Below, in pieces: positions 38,859-49,071 of a stretch of DNA of 64,000 bases. Position numbers and translations under genes: made by a program. The notes beneath the pieces were generated by a model. The model had not been told where the DNA came from and ran no database searches. It worked only from the letters and a program-made list of their open reading frames with translations. Position 1 is the stretch's first letter. Each line of letters starts with the position of its first letter. Origin of the DNA: an uncultured Bacteroidota bacterium. Its GTDB lineage: Bacteria > Bacteroidota > Ignavibacteria > UBA10030 > UBA6906. Location: contig CAVOYH010000003.1 of assembly GCA_963700635.1 (NCBI GenBank), positions 288,001 to 352,000 of the forward strand. The letters run 5' to 3'.

Positions 38859-40013
38859 GTGTTCACGCGCAAACTCCACCTCATTTTTCTCGGATTGCTT
38901 GTCTGCTCTCCGATGTACGCTGCGGATAATACCTACCAGGTGTACGTTACCCAGACCCTGGCTGGAAGCTACTACGATGTGAGCGTATGGATCGGTTCGG
39001 CAAGTCCGGAATTTGTCCTGGCGACCGCCGGGTTCAAACTCAGCTACAATCCCGAGGCTCTGGGATGCCCCACTAAACTCCCGTCTGACGACGGGCCCTG
39101 GGATCAGCAGACCGATGCCGATTATGCCAACATGACGCTTATTCTGCACGACGGCGCCGCCGTTGAACTCCACACCCGATTCCTGGGGGGTGTCGACTTC
39201 ACAGGAACACCCGTCCCGTCAGCCACGACGACCCATGTGGGCACTATCCGATTTTATATCCGCGACCCGTCTCTGCCGGCACTTCTGAACTGGAGCCAGC
39301 CCTTTGTCTTCCGGCTCAACTCACCCGGAACACAACCGCCGCTGGAAATATTGTACACCGCAGGCGGTGATTTTGTTCCGCCCGACGACCAGCCCCTTCC
39401 GATTACCCTGGCATCATTCGTTGGCGCGCCGGTTGCGGGAGGCCCGGGTGTGGAACTCTCCTGGCGTACATTGAGCGAGATAAACAACTACGGCTTTACG
39501 ATCCAGCGGCGTGTGGCGGAAATGGGAGAGTTTGTGGCACTCCCCGGGGGGTTTGTCCCCGGCGCCGGCACGACCGCTGAACCACGTTCCTATTCCTTCA
39601 TGGACCGGACTCTTGAACGGCCGGGACGGTATGAGTACCGTTTGATGCAGGAGGATCTGAACGGCAAGTTCTGGCTCTCTGAGGTTATCACCGTCAATGT
39701 CATCGTCACAGCACTCGAGGACATCGAAACGCCGATCGATCCGAGCCTGGTGCGGAATTATCCGAATCCGTTTAACCCGGAAACAACAGTGCAGTACGGA
39801 GTTGCTTCGCCATCCTGGGTGAGCGTGGAAGTCTTTACGATTCTGGGGCAGAAAGTCCGTACACTGGTCAACACCCGGCTGGACAGAGGCCGGTATGCAG
39901 TGACCTGGGATGGTAATGACGATCACGGACAGCAGGTGAACAGCGGCACGTATCTTTGCCGGGTGGCTTCTGAGGGTCAGGTCGGAACAGCAAGAATGGT
40001 TATGGTCCGGTAG
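38859..40013 (+). CDS. T9SS cargo protein (cohesin-like N-terminus, LPITL-Ig domain, FlgD-like CTD)
   Basis: Signal peptide; PLPITLASF..W.T.SE.NN.GF; NYPNPFNP..WDG; RBS GAAGGAGG before GTG. Confidence 0.85.
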   Translation: MFTRKLHLIFLGLLVCSPMYAADNTYQVYVTQTLAGSYYDVSVWIGSASPEFVLATAGFKLSYNPEALGCPTKLPSDDGPWDQQTDADYANMTLILHDGAAVELHTRFLGGVDFTGTPVPSATTTHVGTIRFYIRDPSLPALLNWSQPFVFRLNSPGTQPPLEILYTAGGDFVPPDDQPLPITLASFVGAPVAGGPGVELSWRTLSEINNYGFTIQRRVAEMGEFVALPGGFVPGAGTTAEPRSYSFMDRTLERPGRYEYRLMQEDLNGKFWLSEVITVNVIVTALEDIETPIDPSLVRNYPNPFNPETTVQYGVASPSWVSVEVFTILGQKVRTLVNTRLDRGRYAVTWDGNDDHGQQVNSGTYLCRVASEGQVGTARMVMVR

Positions 40014-41961
40014 GCCTGAATCTCCCCACCCATCCTCCACCGTTCGCAAGACGTATGCGGAAGTGAGAATCCTGTGTAACGGTGGAGGTTGCTGATTTGT
40101 AATCAATCGCCCGCTGATCTGCGTTCACGCCGTCCTGAAAAGCCGTGAGCGTGTATGATTTCCCCCCCTCAAGAAATGCACAGTCGATGTCCAGACTGCG
40201 GCCATCCCAGCCCGTGATAGCTCCGACATACCAATCCTCCCCCTTTCTACGGGCCACGGCCACATACTCTCCCACTTTTGCATGCACCACACGGAGGTCA
40301 TCCCACGTCGTGGGAATTTCCGCCATAAACCGCATACATTCATCCTCCCGGTAGTAATCGGGAGGAGCATCCGGCAACATGCGCATGGGGCTCTCGAGCA
40401 CCACACACAGCGCCATGGTATGCGCCCTGGTCCCCTGTCCCATGGGCCGGTTTACAATCATCCGGAACTCATGCTGCTGGGCATTGCGCATTGTCCCGGG
40501 AAGGTAGTCCGCCGGACCGGCTACCATGCGGATAAAAGGGAGGATGGTATGATATTCGGGCGAATCAGTCATATTCACCGCGTTCTGCTCAAACTCAATG
40601 AGCCCTTCCCGGGTAATAATATGGGGGAATGTCCGCCGCAATCCGTCCGGTTTGTAGGCCCCGTGGAGCACGACAAGCATCTTCCGCCTTGCAGTTTCTT
40701 CCGCGAGACGGTAGTAGAACTTCACCATTTCCTGATCGTCCCGGTTCATGAAGTCCACCTTGATGCCGGCGACGTTCCATCGTGAGAATTGTTCGAATGC
40801 AGCATCCCACTGACGTTCCAGAGTCGACCAGACTGCCCAGAGAAGCATCTGTACTCGTTTGCTCTTCGCATACGCAAGAACTTCTTCCATATCCAGCGCG
40901 GGGTTGATGCTCAAAAGATCGTCTTCCTTTGTCCAGCCACAATCCAGAAGGACATACTCCAGACTGTAGTGTGCGGCAAAATCGATCAGATATTTGGCGG
41001 TTGCGGTGTTTACATCACCCGGAAAATCCACACCAAAGAGGTTACGCCGCGCCCACCAGTCCAACGTCACGATACCGGGCTGTATCCAAGACGCCCCGGT
41101 AAGCCGGGAGGGTTCTCCCAGCAGGTAGACAAGCGAGTTGGTCAGAAGGTCTGCATCGTTTCTTGCTGCTATAAAAACCCGCCAGGGATACATCCTCGTT
41201 CCTCCGGTCCGGGCAATCTCAGGAGCATGTTTTGTCACCTTTCCCCGCGTATAGTGATCTGCGCCATCCAGCAGCTCCAGCGGATATCCGGGAAATGTGG
41301 AGCGCAGCACCCCTCCGCCCTCGTGTCTGATCCAGAGACCCGGATAGTCTTCCACGCTGGCTTCCGTCACCACGATGCGCCGTCCGGAACCCAGGCTGAT
41401 AAGGAACGGCAGGTTGCAGAGACTGTCCTGTGCCATGGCCGGAAGAGCGGTCGTCCGGTAGGGGTATTCATAGGATGACCAGAATTCCGGGTTGGCCTGA
41501 TACGTTATGATTGCGCCTTCGGGAAAGGTCAACGCCAGAGATTCCCGGTCAATCGTAATATCACCCCCGATGGAGGTGACAAACCGGTACGCAACTCCTT
41601 CATCATACGCACGCAGGACAATGCTGTACCGACCCCGGAACACCACTTTCACTTCATTGAACCTGTCGCGCAGGAGCGCGGCTTTTTCCCGGACAAGGGG
41701 ATGTTCAACGGTATCCTGAGACCGGCGGTGGGTAGCCTCGACAATGGGAACCACCCCGAACGGTTTTTCCCCCCGCATCGACATGCCGATTGATGAGAGA
41801 GAAAACAATGGTGTTGTACCATCGTTTACGCGCAGGGAGAGTGTCTGGCTGACGTTCAACGTCGCGGTGATACGCCCGTCGGGCGAAAAGACGGTGATTT
41901 CTTCAGCAGCCCCAGTGCACAGAAGACCGGAAGCCATGATCAGAAGCATCGTGTGTTTCAT
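40000..41961 (-). CDS. Glycoside hydrolase family 97
   Basis: SPDG, RAYDEGVAYRF, YPWR, GIKVDFM, TREG, GPADY.PG, WDD, ARR, GGG. Confidence 0.93.
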   Translation of the reverse strand: MKHTMLLIMASGLLCTGAAEEITVFSPDGRITATLNVSQTLSLRVNDGTTPLFSLSSIGMSMRGEKPFGVVPIVEATHRRSQDTVEHPLVREKAALLRDRFNEVKVVFRGRYSIVLRAYDEGVAYRFVTSIGGDITIDRESLALTFPEGAIITYQANPEFWSSYEYPYRTTALPAMAQDSLCNLPFLISLGSGRRIVVTEASVEDYPGLWIRHEGGGVLRSTFPGYPLELLDGADHYTRGKVTKHAPEIARTGGTRMYPWRVFIAARNDADLLTNSLVYLLGEPSRLTGASWIQPGIVTLDWWARRNLFGVDFPGDVNTATAKYLIDFAAHYSLEYVLLDCGWTKEDDLLSINPALDMEEVLAYAKSKRVQMLLWAVWSTLERQWDAAFEQFSRWNVAGIKVDFMNRDDQEMVKFYYRLAEETARRKMLVVLHGAYKPDGLRRTFPHIITREGLIEFEQNAVNMTDSPEYHTILPFIRMVAGPADYLPGTMRNAQQHEFRMIVNRPMGQGTRAHTMALCVVLESPMRMLPDAPPDYYREDECMRFMAEIPTTWDDLRVVHAKVGEYVAVARRKGEDWYVGAITGWDGRSLDIDCAFLEGGKSYTLTAFQDGVNADQRAIDYKSATSTVTQDSHFRIRLANGGGWVGRFRPTGP

Positions 41962-42104
41962 AATGGGACTCCCGGTTGAGGGACGTTGTGGGTGTGACAA
42001 ATGTACAGAACTCGCGTGCAAAAGGAAAATTGAGTCCACCAGGTGCATTTTGTTTTTCCATTTCCCATCTTGTCGTATCCTATCTCCCATCCGGAGCTCC
42101 ACCC

Positions 42105-44180
42105 ATGAAACGATCACTGATTCTTATTCTTGCATGCGCGTTCCTTCTCCTGGTTCCCGTCCTTATGTCTGCACAAACCCCGGCAGCATTCGATGGAAAC
42201 TGGGAACTGATCCCCCAATCCAGCGCTGACATAGACCATTTCCGGTCGCTGGCACTCACGATCAGAACCGAAGGGAAAACCCTCACGGTAATTCAGACCT
42301 GGCGTGCCCGCCTTACAGTCGTAGACTCGGTCACCCTTGTGCCCGGGGCAAAGGAGATCGAGGTCCCGGTGACCGACTGGGTGAACCCGCTTAATGTGTA
42401 CATGGGTATGCGCCGGCCCGAAGGCAGCAAACGGTTTCTCTCCGCCCGGTTTGAAGACGCCGGAAGGACACTTCTTGTTCAGGAGAGATTAACCCATCAC
42501 GGCTCGCAGGGATCCAAACCGGTAAGCGTAACACACCGGTATGCACTCACAGATGAGAAGGGCATCCTGACCTACACGATGACCCGTTCAACGCGCAAAA
42601 CCGGACCGGAGGTGGTGTACACATTCAAGGAAAAAGGTTCGCGTCATGGGTACGTGATCCGGCTCAAGGAAGATTTTACCATTCCCGCCGACCTTCCCTC
42701 AAATTCGATGATGATCTCCCTGCAGGGACTTGCAAATAAAAAAGGGCCCCTCGTGTATTTGCTCTACCCGAATGATTGGCCGTTTACGTACGTGAGTGCT
42801 GTGTTTGATTTCTACAAATCAAAACGGCATTACACATTTACCGAACTCCGGACCGCTGCCGATGCCGTAAAGGCCCTGGCCCGGTATGCGAAAGGATACG
42901 TGGTGTGGGATACCTCGGTGCGTACATCGCTGATTGTCGCATTCACCGTAGCCGGCCTGGAAGAGGCGGTCGTGGTGAGTGAAGCGGAAATTCCGCTCGT
43001 TCAGGCGGCGGGACTCAAACCGGTGGAGGATTTCCGTGGCAAGTTTGCAGGCATGAACGATGCCCAGATCTACACATGGGCCTACAACCGCTACTGGGCC
43101 CGCTGCAGCAGGGAATATATCATCTGGCTGGGCGGTGAACACGGAACTATGATGAAACCTGCGGTGGCCGACTGGGGTATTGTGAAGGGAGTGTTCTTTA
43201 ATGATCTTTCAACGCGTGTGACGGACAAAGAGGAATTCGCCCTTGCGGACCGTTTGCTGTCGGAGATGAAACCCATGTCGATGGTGATGGGCTGGCATTC
43301 ATACAAGAAAGACCTCGAAGAAGAGCATGTCGCGCTGACATCGAAGTACGGCCATCGCGTGGAAGGCCTGAACTCCCTTCCGAATCTGAGTTTCAGTTCG
43401 CAGATTTCCGTTTCACCGGGATTTGTCTTCAAAAACAACCACAACGTGAAACCCGGCGAAAAGATAGTGCCGAAAGAAAAGGTCTATATCGCGTGCATTC
43501 AGACTGACGGGATGGGGCTTGGTGCGTGGGAGAAACCCGGCCGTGGCGATATTCCCTATGCGTGGGAATGCCTGATGAACTACACCTGGATGGCTCCGGG
43601 CATGGCCGAGTATTTCTACTCAACCGCGACGCCCAATGACTATCAGATCGGCTGCCTCTCGGGACCCGGCTACTTGTATCCAAAGGCCGTGCCGCCGAAG
43701 TATCTGAAACAGCTCATCACCATGGCAAACGATCAGATGAAGACTCTCGATCTTCGTGTGTTTGAAACCATGGATTGGTCCGAGGGCTCCGAGGTGGAAG
43801 GGAATACGGATCTGACACAGAGCGTTATCGACATGTATTACGATGGTATGCCCGAGGCGATCGGGTTCGTAAACGGATATGGAGCGGGGTACACCTTTAC
43901 GGTGCGCGACGGCCGTCCCATGATTTCCTTTGACTATTATCTCTCCCCCCACCGTCCCGAAGCCGATGCTGTGGCGGACCTCGAGGAACTGGCGACGCTC
44001 AACACCAAGCGTCCGTACTTTTTACTTGTTCACGTGCGCGAGTACAGCGATGTGAAGAGAGTCAAAGGTATTCTGGACAAACTCGGGCCGGAGTTCGAAG
44101 TCGTCCCTCTGGATGTCTTCCTTACAATGGCAGGAACCAAGCCCACGTTTGAAAAACGAGTGCTGGAAAGTCCACGGTAA
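42105..44180 (+). CDS. GxGYxYP-family putative glycoside hydrolase
   Basis: SGPGYLYP motif, SLQGLAN, NLSF; signal peptide. Confidence 0.85.
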   Translation: MKRSLILILACAFLLLVPVLMSAQTPAAFDGNWELIPQSSADIDHFRSLALTIRTEGKTLTVIQTWRARLTVVDSVTLVPGAKEIEVPVTDWVNPLNVYMGMRRPEGSKRFLSARFEDAGRTLLVQERLTHHGSQGSKPVSVTHRYALTDEKGILTYTMTRSTRKTGPEVVYTFKEKGSRHGYVIRLKEDFTIPADLPSNSMMISLQGLANKKGPLVYLLYPNDWPFTYVSAVFDFYKSKRHYTFTELRTAADAVKALARYAKGYVVWDTSVRTSLIVAFTVAGLEEAVVVSEAEIPLVQAAGLKPVEDFRGKFAGMNDAQIYTWAYNRYWARCSREYIIWLGGEHGTMMKPAVADWGIVKGVFFNDLSTRVTDKEEFALADRLLSEMKPMSMVMGWHSYKKDLEEEHVALTSKYGHRVEGLNSLPNLSFSSQISVSPGFVFKNNHNVKPGEKIVPKEKVYIACIQTDGMGLGAWEKPGRGDIPYAWECLMNYTWMAPGMAEYFYSTATPNDYQIGCLSGPGYLYPKAVPPKYLKQLITMANDQMKTLDLRVFETMDWSEGSEVEGNTDLTQSVIDMYYDGMPEAIGFVNGYGAGYTFTVRDGRPMISFDYYLSPHRPEADAVADLEELATLNTKRPYFLLVHVREYSDVKRVKGILDKLGPEFEVVPLDVFLTMAGTKPTFEKRVLESPR

Positions 44181-44226
44181 CGGCACACAGACTCGATGAT
44201 GGCAGCTCACATGACGGAGAACCGCT

Positions 44227-45455
44227 GTGACTTCGCGTGAACGCGTCCTCGCCGCCCTTGACCATCAGACACCGGACCGGGTGCCTCTGGACTTTTCCGG
44301 ACATCGGTCTTCCGGGATTCATGCTCTGGCCTATGCCCGGCTCCGGAAATACCTTCACCTGCATGAACGCCCCCTGCGTATCTATGACGTGATTCAGCAG
44401 ATGGCGGTAGTGGATGATGATGTCCTCGAACTGTTCGGCGTGGACACGATCGAACTCGGGCGTGCGTTTGCTCAGGAAGCTTCTTCCTGGCACGACTGGG
44501 TCCTGCCGGATGGAACGCCATGTCAGGTGCCTGTATGGATCAGTCCGGAGCGGGAAGGGAACAGATGGGTCCTGCGATCACACTCCGGCCGGATTCTCGC
44601 CCAGATGCCCGACGGGGCCTTGTATTTTGAACAGACCTACTATCCTTTTCTGGATGGAACTGAAAACTTCGACGCTCTTCCGGAAGCTTTTGCCGAATCC
44701 ATGTGGACGGCCTATGCCTCGCCACCTGGTCCGATTGCAGACGGACCCGAAGGCACGCGGAGATTCATCGAGGGTGCAAAGGCCCTCCGGGCACGTTCGG
44801 ACCGGGCCATCCTGGCGCTCTTCGGAGGGAATCTTCTGGAGGTAGGGCAATTTCTCTACCGGAATGACGTCTTTTTTATGCTCCTGGCAGGCGAGCCCGA
44901 ACGGGCCCATGATTTTCTTGAGCATGTGGTGAATCATCACCTCCGCAATCTCGAATCGTTTCTCGGGAAGGTCGGCCCGTATGTTGATGTTGTGGTCTTC
45001 GGTGACGACCTCGGCATGCAGACCGGTCCGCAGATCTCTCCCGCAATGTACCGGGAGTTCTTTAAACCCCGCCACGCGCGGATGTGGAAGAGGGCGAAGG
45101 AACTCGCGGACGTAAAAGTGATGCTCCATTGTTGCGGCGGCGTGCGGGAGTTGCTCCCGACCTTATTGATGCAGGATTGGATGCAATCAATCCGGTCCAG
45201 ATCACCTGCCGGGGAATGGAAGCTTCATCCCTGAAGCGTGATTTCGGACATCAGATTACATTCTGGGGTGGCGGGTGTGATACGCGGGAAATCCTCTCCC
45301 GCGGCACACCGGAACAGATCAGGAATCACGTGCAGGAACAGATCCGGTCTCTGCATACCGGCGGAGGATTTGTGTTTCAGCAGGTTCATAACATCCTGGC
45401 CGATGTCCCTCCGGAAAACATTGTGGCGATGTTTGAGGCGGTCCGCGAGGTCTGA
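44227..45455 (+). CDS. UroD/MtaA-CmuA family protein, frameshifted near 45157
   Basis: TSRERVL, PDRVP, GDDLG.Q, HCCG; continues in another frame as DLIDAGLDAINPVQ...VHNILADVPPENI. Confidence 0.85.
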
Positions 45456-45464
45456 GGATTTTGC

Positions 45465-45523
45465 TTGACAAAATCCGACCGGCGGTGTATGTTATGGTTG
45501 ACTAAAGTCATCAAATGACTTTA
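45465..45523 (+). promoter_or_regulatory. Sigma70 promoter plus palindromic GntR/FadR-type operator
   Basis: TTGACA-17 nt-TATGTT; TAAAGTCAT-CAA-ATGACTTTA at 45503-45523. Confidence 0.75.
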
Positions 45524-45543
45524 TCACATCACCTCCCACGTCC

Positions 45544-46091
45544 TTGAATACACGCCTGCACCGCACACGGTTGCCAGACCAGCTCGCGGAACGGCTGCAG
45601 CGGTTTATCGCCGACCGGAATCTCAAACCCGGCGAACGGGCCGACACGTGAGGTGCTGCTCGACCTTGTCGAAGCCCGCAAGGCTATCGAACTGGAGACC
45701 GCCGCCCTCGCGGCCGAGAGAATTACCCCCGAGCTGGCAGAAGAACTTGAGGACCTCCTGAACGAAGCGTCTTCTCACCTGGAGTATCCCGACGCCCTTA
45801 CTCCTATCAACATGCAGATTCACCTCTCGATCGCCTCTGCATCCGGCAACTCAGTACTCAGACATATTCTTGACGTTATCCTGGATCTGTTCCGGGAAGA
45901 GCAACGCCTGTTACTGGATATCCATGGTTTCCCACGGAGCGACTATGATGAACACAAGCACCTTGTGGAGGCAATTTGCCTTCATCACAGAACAGTGGCC
46001 ATCAGCCGTATGCGTAAGCACCTCGATGGTATACAGAAGCGTTGTCCTTGACTGGAACAGTACCAACGACCAGCAGGCGGAAAGACGCTGA
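45544..46091 (+). pseudogene. FadR/GntR regulator with deleted HTH core and frameshifts
   Basis: RLPDQLAERLQRFIADRNLKPGER jumps directly (frame change near 45640) to FCD LLDLVEARKAIE...HL.IA.ASGN...EH; second shift near 46035. Confidence 0.8.
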
Positions 46092-46092
46092 T

Positions 46093-49071
46093 ATGTCAAC
46101 ACCATTCTTTCACCGTACCATACTGTGCTGCATCATCGCAGCAACACTCTCCGGCGCGGCGTACGGCCAGTCGGGGAAGGTGAGCGGCATCCTCACGGAC
46201 CGTGAAACACGGGAACCTCTGGTTGGCGCGAACGTCACACTTCTCGGAACCACCCTCGGCGCTGCAACCGATGCCTCGGGCGAATACTTTATCCTGCGCG
46301 TGCCCCCGGGTGTGTACACCCTGCGCGCCGCGCTCCTGGGCTTCCATGAGGTCACTATCCGCAACGTCAGGGTAAGCATCGATCTAACCACCCGTATCGA
46401 TGTTTCTCTTGACGAGGAAAGCGTGGATATTGGGGAGGAGGTGGTCATCACCGCAGAACGGCGTGTGATTCAGAAAGACGCCACGTCCAGTACGCTCTAC
46501 GTTGATGCCGCAACCATCGCCGCACTCCCCGTTTCCGACGCTCGTGAGGCAGTACTCGTACAGAGTGGCGTCTTTTTTGATCCGATCCCCGTCATCGGAG
46601 GTCTGGGCGGATCAGGTCGCGGCGAAACACGGTATGCGGTCCGCGGGGGAACACAACAGGAAGTCAAGTGGTTCTACGATGGCGCCCGTACTACGGCACT
46701 CATTGAGGGACGCGCCGATCGCGGCGGATCGTATACCGGCGTCAATCTGGATGCCGTGCAGGAAATCCAGGTCCTCACCGGCGGCTTCAGCGCGGAATAT
46801 GGCGATGCACAGTCAGGCATCGTCAACGTCGTCACCAAAGAAGGCGGATCCCGCTATACTGCCTCGGCGGAATATGTGTACGGGTTCGCGGGCCAGCACC
46901 ACTTCGGGGCCAATCTGTTCGATCAGAACACGCAAAAAGAGTTCCGTGACCACCGACTGGCTGATGGTTCGCTCGATCCGGCCTGGTGGACGCCATACCG
47001 CCAGAAACAGATCTATGACTACACGTCAATCCCCGATCACACCGTGTACCTCAGTGTTGGTGGACCGATCTATCATGGCGAAGCCAGCAGCGCAGGTTTC
47101 TTCCTCTCCGGGGCCCTGAAGAAGGAGGCGTACACGTACCCCCACCCGCGGGACACCCGCAACAATGAGAATGTCATGGGAAACGTGACATACCAGCCCC
47201 GTCCGGATATGAAACTGCGCATCACCGGCCTCTATGCGCATGAGGCTCATTCTACGCTGCAGGAAAACGGTGACTTTACGATGCAATCGAAGTACTACCG
47301 GGGGTGGGGGTCTTTGCTTGACACGTACACCACCAGCGGAAGCGCTCAATTCACCCATACCCTCTCCCCATCGCTGTTTTATGAGGCAAAACTCAGCGCG
47401 TATTTCTTCGATAGCCACGAAACACCCAGCGAATATCTGGCGCTGGGAGAAAGCAAAAATCCGGACCTCTTCGGTTATCAACGGTACGACGGATACCAGA
47501 GTGAACCCTTCGACGCCTACTCTTACGTCCTGCGCAACCATCTGCAGAACGGAGATCTTTCGTTGACCGGAAGTGCCAGCTGGCAGGCTGATCAGTCCAA
47601 CCTGCTCAAGGCGGGATTTGAGTTCCGTTACAACACACTCGCCGAGAAGGAACTCAGCCGGTGGCCTTCTTTCACCACTGCCCCCTCCCTCTGGCTGAAT
47701 CGTGGATTAAACGAGACATTCCATCCCATCCAGTTCTCCGCCTATCTGCAGGACAAGATGGAATTCGAGAGTATGATCCTGAATCTCGGCCTGCGGTACG
47801 ACTATTTTGACCCGAACCGCGACTGGTTCTGGGGGAACAATCTGTACAATCTGAGTATCGATCCCGAGTATTCGGCGGCGAAGGATCCGGACCGCGACCA
47901 GGTGGATTCGCTGGGCCGCGTTAAGTATGCATATGAGAATGTGCTGAAAAAACCGCGGACCAAATCCCCAACATACCACCTGCTTAGTCCGCGCATCGGC
48001 GTGTCGTTCCCCATAACGGAAAACACCGTCCTTCGGTTCAATTACGGACATTTTTATCAGATGCCGCCCCTCGACTGGATGTACGAATTTAACTATTTCC
48101 GGCCGATCTATATCGTCAAGGGGATCCAGACCGAAATGTCACAACCCAGTCCAAGGCACATCGCTTCGGCAGACGGGGATCCGGAACGTGTAGTGATATT
48201 GACGAATCAACCGTTGGATCCGATGAAGACCGTGTCGTTTGAGGTTGGCATAAAACATAATTTCTCGGATTTTGTGGTGCTGGATGTGGTCGGTTTCTAC
48301 AAGGATGTTACGGACCAGACCTATCCGCGGCAAGGCATTTTTGACCGGCGTATCTACGGGTACGATCCATTCACCCGAATGACGACCGCCAACACGTTCT
48401 ATGGAAGTCTGATTCCCGGGGATTACGGTGATGCGCAGGGATTCGAGATCACACTCCGGTCCCTCTTCAGCCGGGTTCTGATGTTTGACATCAACTACAG
48501 TTTCTCGCGCTCGCTCCAGGGACGGGCCTCCCCGGCGAGGGTGAACTACGATTCGGCAGGCGTACCCACGTATGTGTACGATACCGATGTCAACAAACGG
48601 ATTCCCATCGAATCCCATTTTAGCAGACCACACATTGTCCGGACCAATCTGCTCCTCCGGTATCCCGAGGATGCGGGGGAGTCGTTCCTCAGCACAATTC
48701 TCCAGGATGCCAGCGCGAGTATCCTCTACCGGTTTACGAGCGGACAGACGTTCACTTATCTCGCTCCGGATGATCCGCCCGATACATACGACAATCAGCG
48801 ATATCCGGCATCACATACCGTGGATCTCCGGCTGGACAAGACGATTCATCTGGGCGGGAAACGTGCCCTCACGTTCTCGCTCCGTATCACCAACCTTCTG
48901 AACGCAAAAAATGTCCGTTCCATCGGGGATATTTTCTTTGATCCCAACGCCATCAAGAAATACGTCGAGACCGGTGAAGTCTCGACCGTTGATGGTGCTG
49001 GATACGACATTTCCTGGCAAACATGGTACGAAGCCCGCCGCTACTACCTGAGCGTGCGGTTCGAGCTCTAA
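46093..49071 (+). CDS. TonB-dependent receptor with carboxypeptidase-regulatory-like N-domain
   Basis: GKVSG..D.ETREPLVGANV; plug GGFSAEYG.AQSG.VNVVTK; SPRIG; C-terminal VRFEL. Confidence 0.93.
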   Translation: MSTPFFHRTILCCIIAATLSGAAYGQSGKVSGILTDRETREPLVGANVTLLGTTLGAATDASGEYFILRVPPGVYTLRAALLGFHEVTIRNVRVSIDLTTRIDVSLDEESVDIGEEVVITAERRVIQKDATSSTLYVDAATIAALPVSDAREAVLVQSGVFFDPIPVIGGLGGSGRGETRYAVRGGTQQEVKWFYDGARTTALIEGRADRGGSYTGVNLDAVQEIQVLTGGFSAEYGDAQSGIVNVVTKEGGSRYTASAEYVYGFAGQHHFGANLFDQNTQKEFRDHRLADGSLDPAWWTPYRQKQIYDYTSIPDHTVYLSVGGPIYHGEASSAGFFLSGALKKEAYTYPHPRDTRNNENVMGNVTYQPRPDMKLRITGLYAHEAHSTLQENGDFTMQSKYYRGWGSLLDTYTTSGSAQFTHTLSPSLFYEAKLSAYFFDSHETPSEYLALGESKNPDLFGYQRYDGYQSEPFDAYSYVLRNHLQNGDLSLTGSASWQADQSNLLKAGFEFRYNTLAEKELSRWPSFTTAPSLWLNRGLNETFHPIQFSAYLQDKMEFESMILNLGLRYDYFDPNRDWFWGNNLYNLSIDPEYSAAKDPDRDQVDSLGRVKYAYENVLKKPRTKSPTYHLLSPRIGVSFPITENTVLRFNYGHFYQMPPLDWMYEFNYFRPIYIVKGIQTEMSQPSPRHIASADGDPERVVILTNQPLDPMKTVSFEVGIKHNFSDFVVLDVVGFYKDVTDQTYPRQGIFDRRIYGYDPFTRMTTANTFYGSLIPGDYGDAQGFEITLRSLFSRVLMFDINYSFSRSLQGRASPARVNYDSAGVPTYVYDTDVNKRIPIESHFSRPHIVRTNLLLRYPEDAGESFLSTILQDASASILYRFTSGQTFTYLAPDDPPDTYDNQRYPASHTVDLRLDKTIHLGGKRALTFSLRITNLLNAKNVRSIGDIFFDPNAIKKYVETGEVSTVDGAGYDISWQTWYEARRYYLSVRFEL

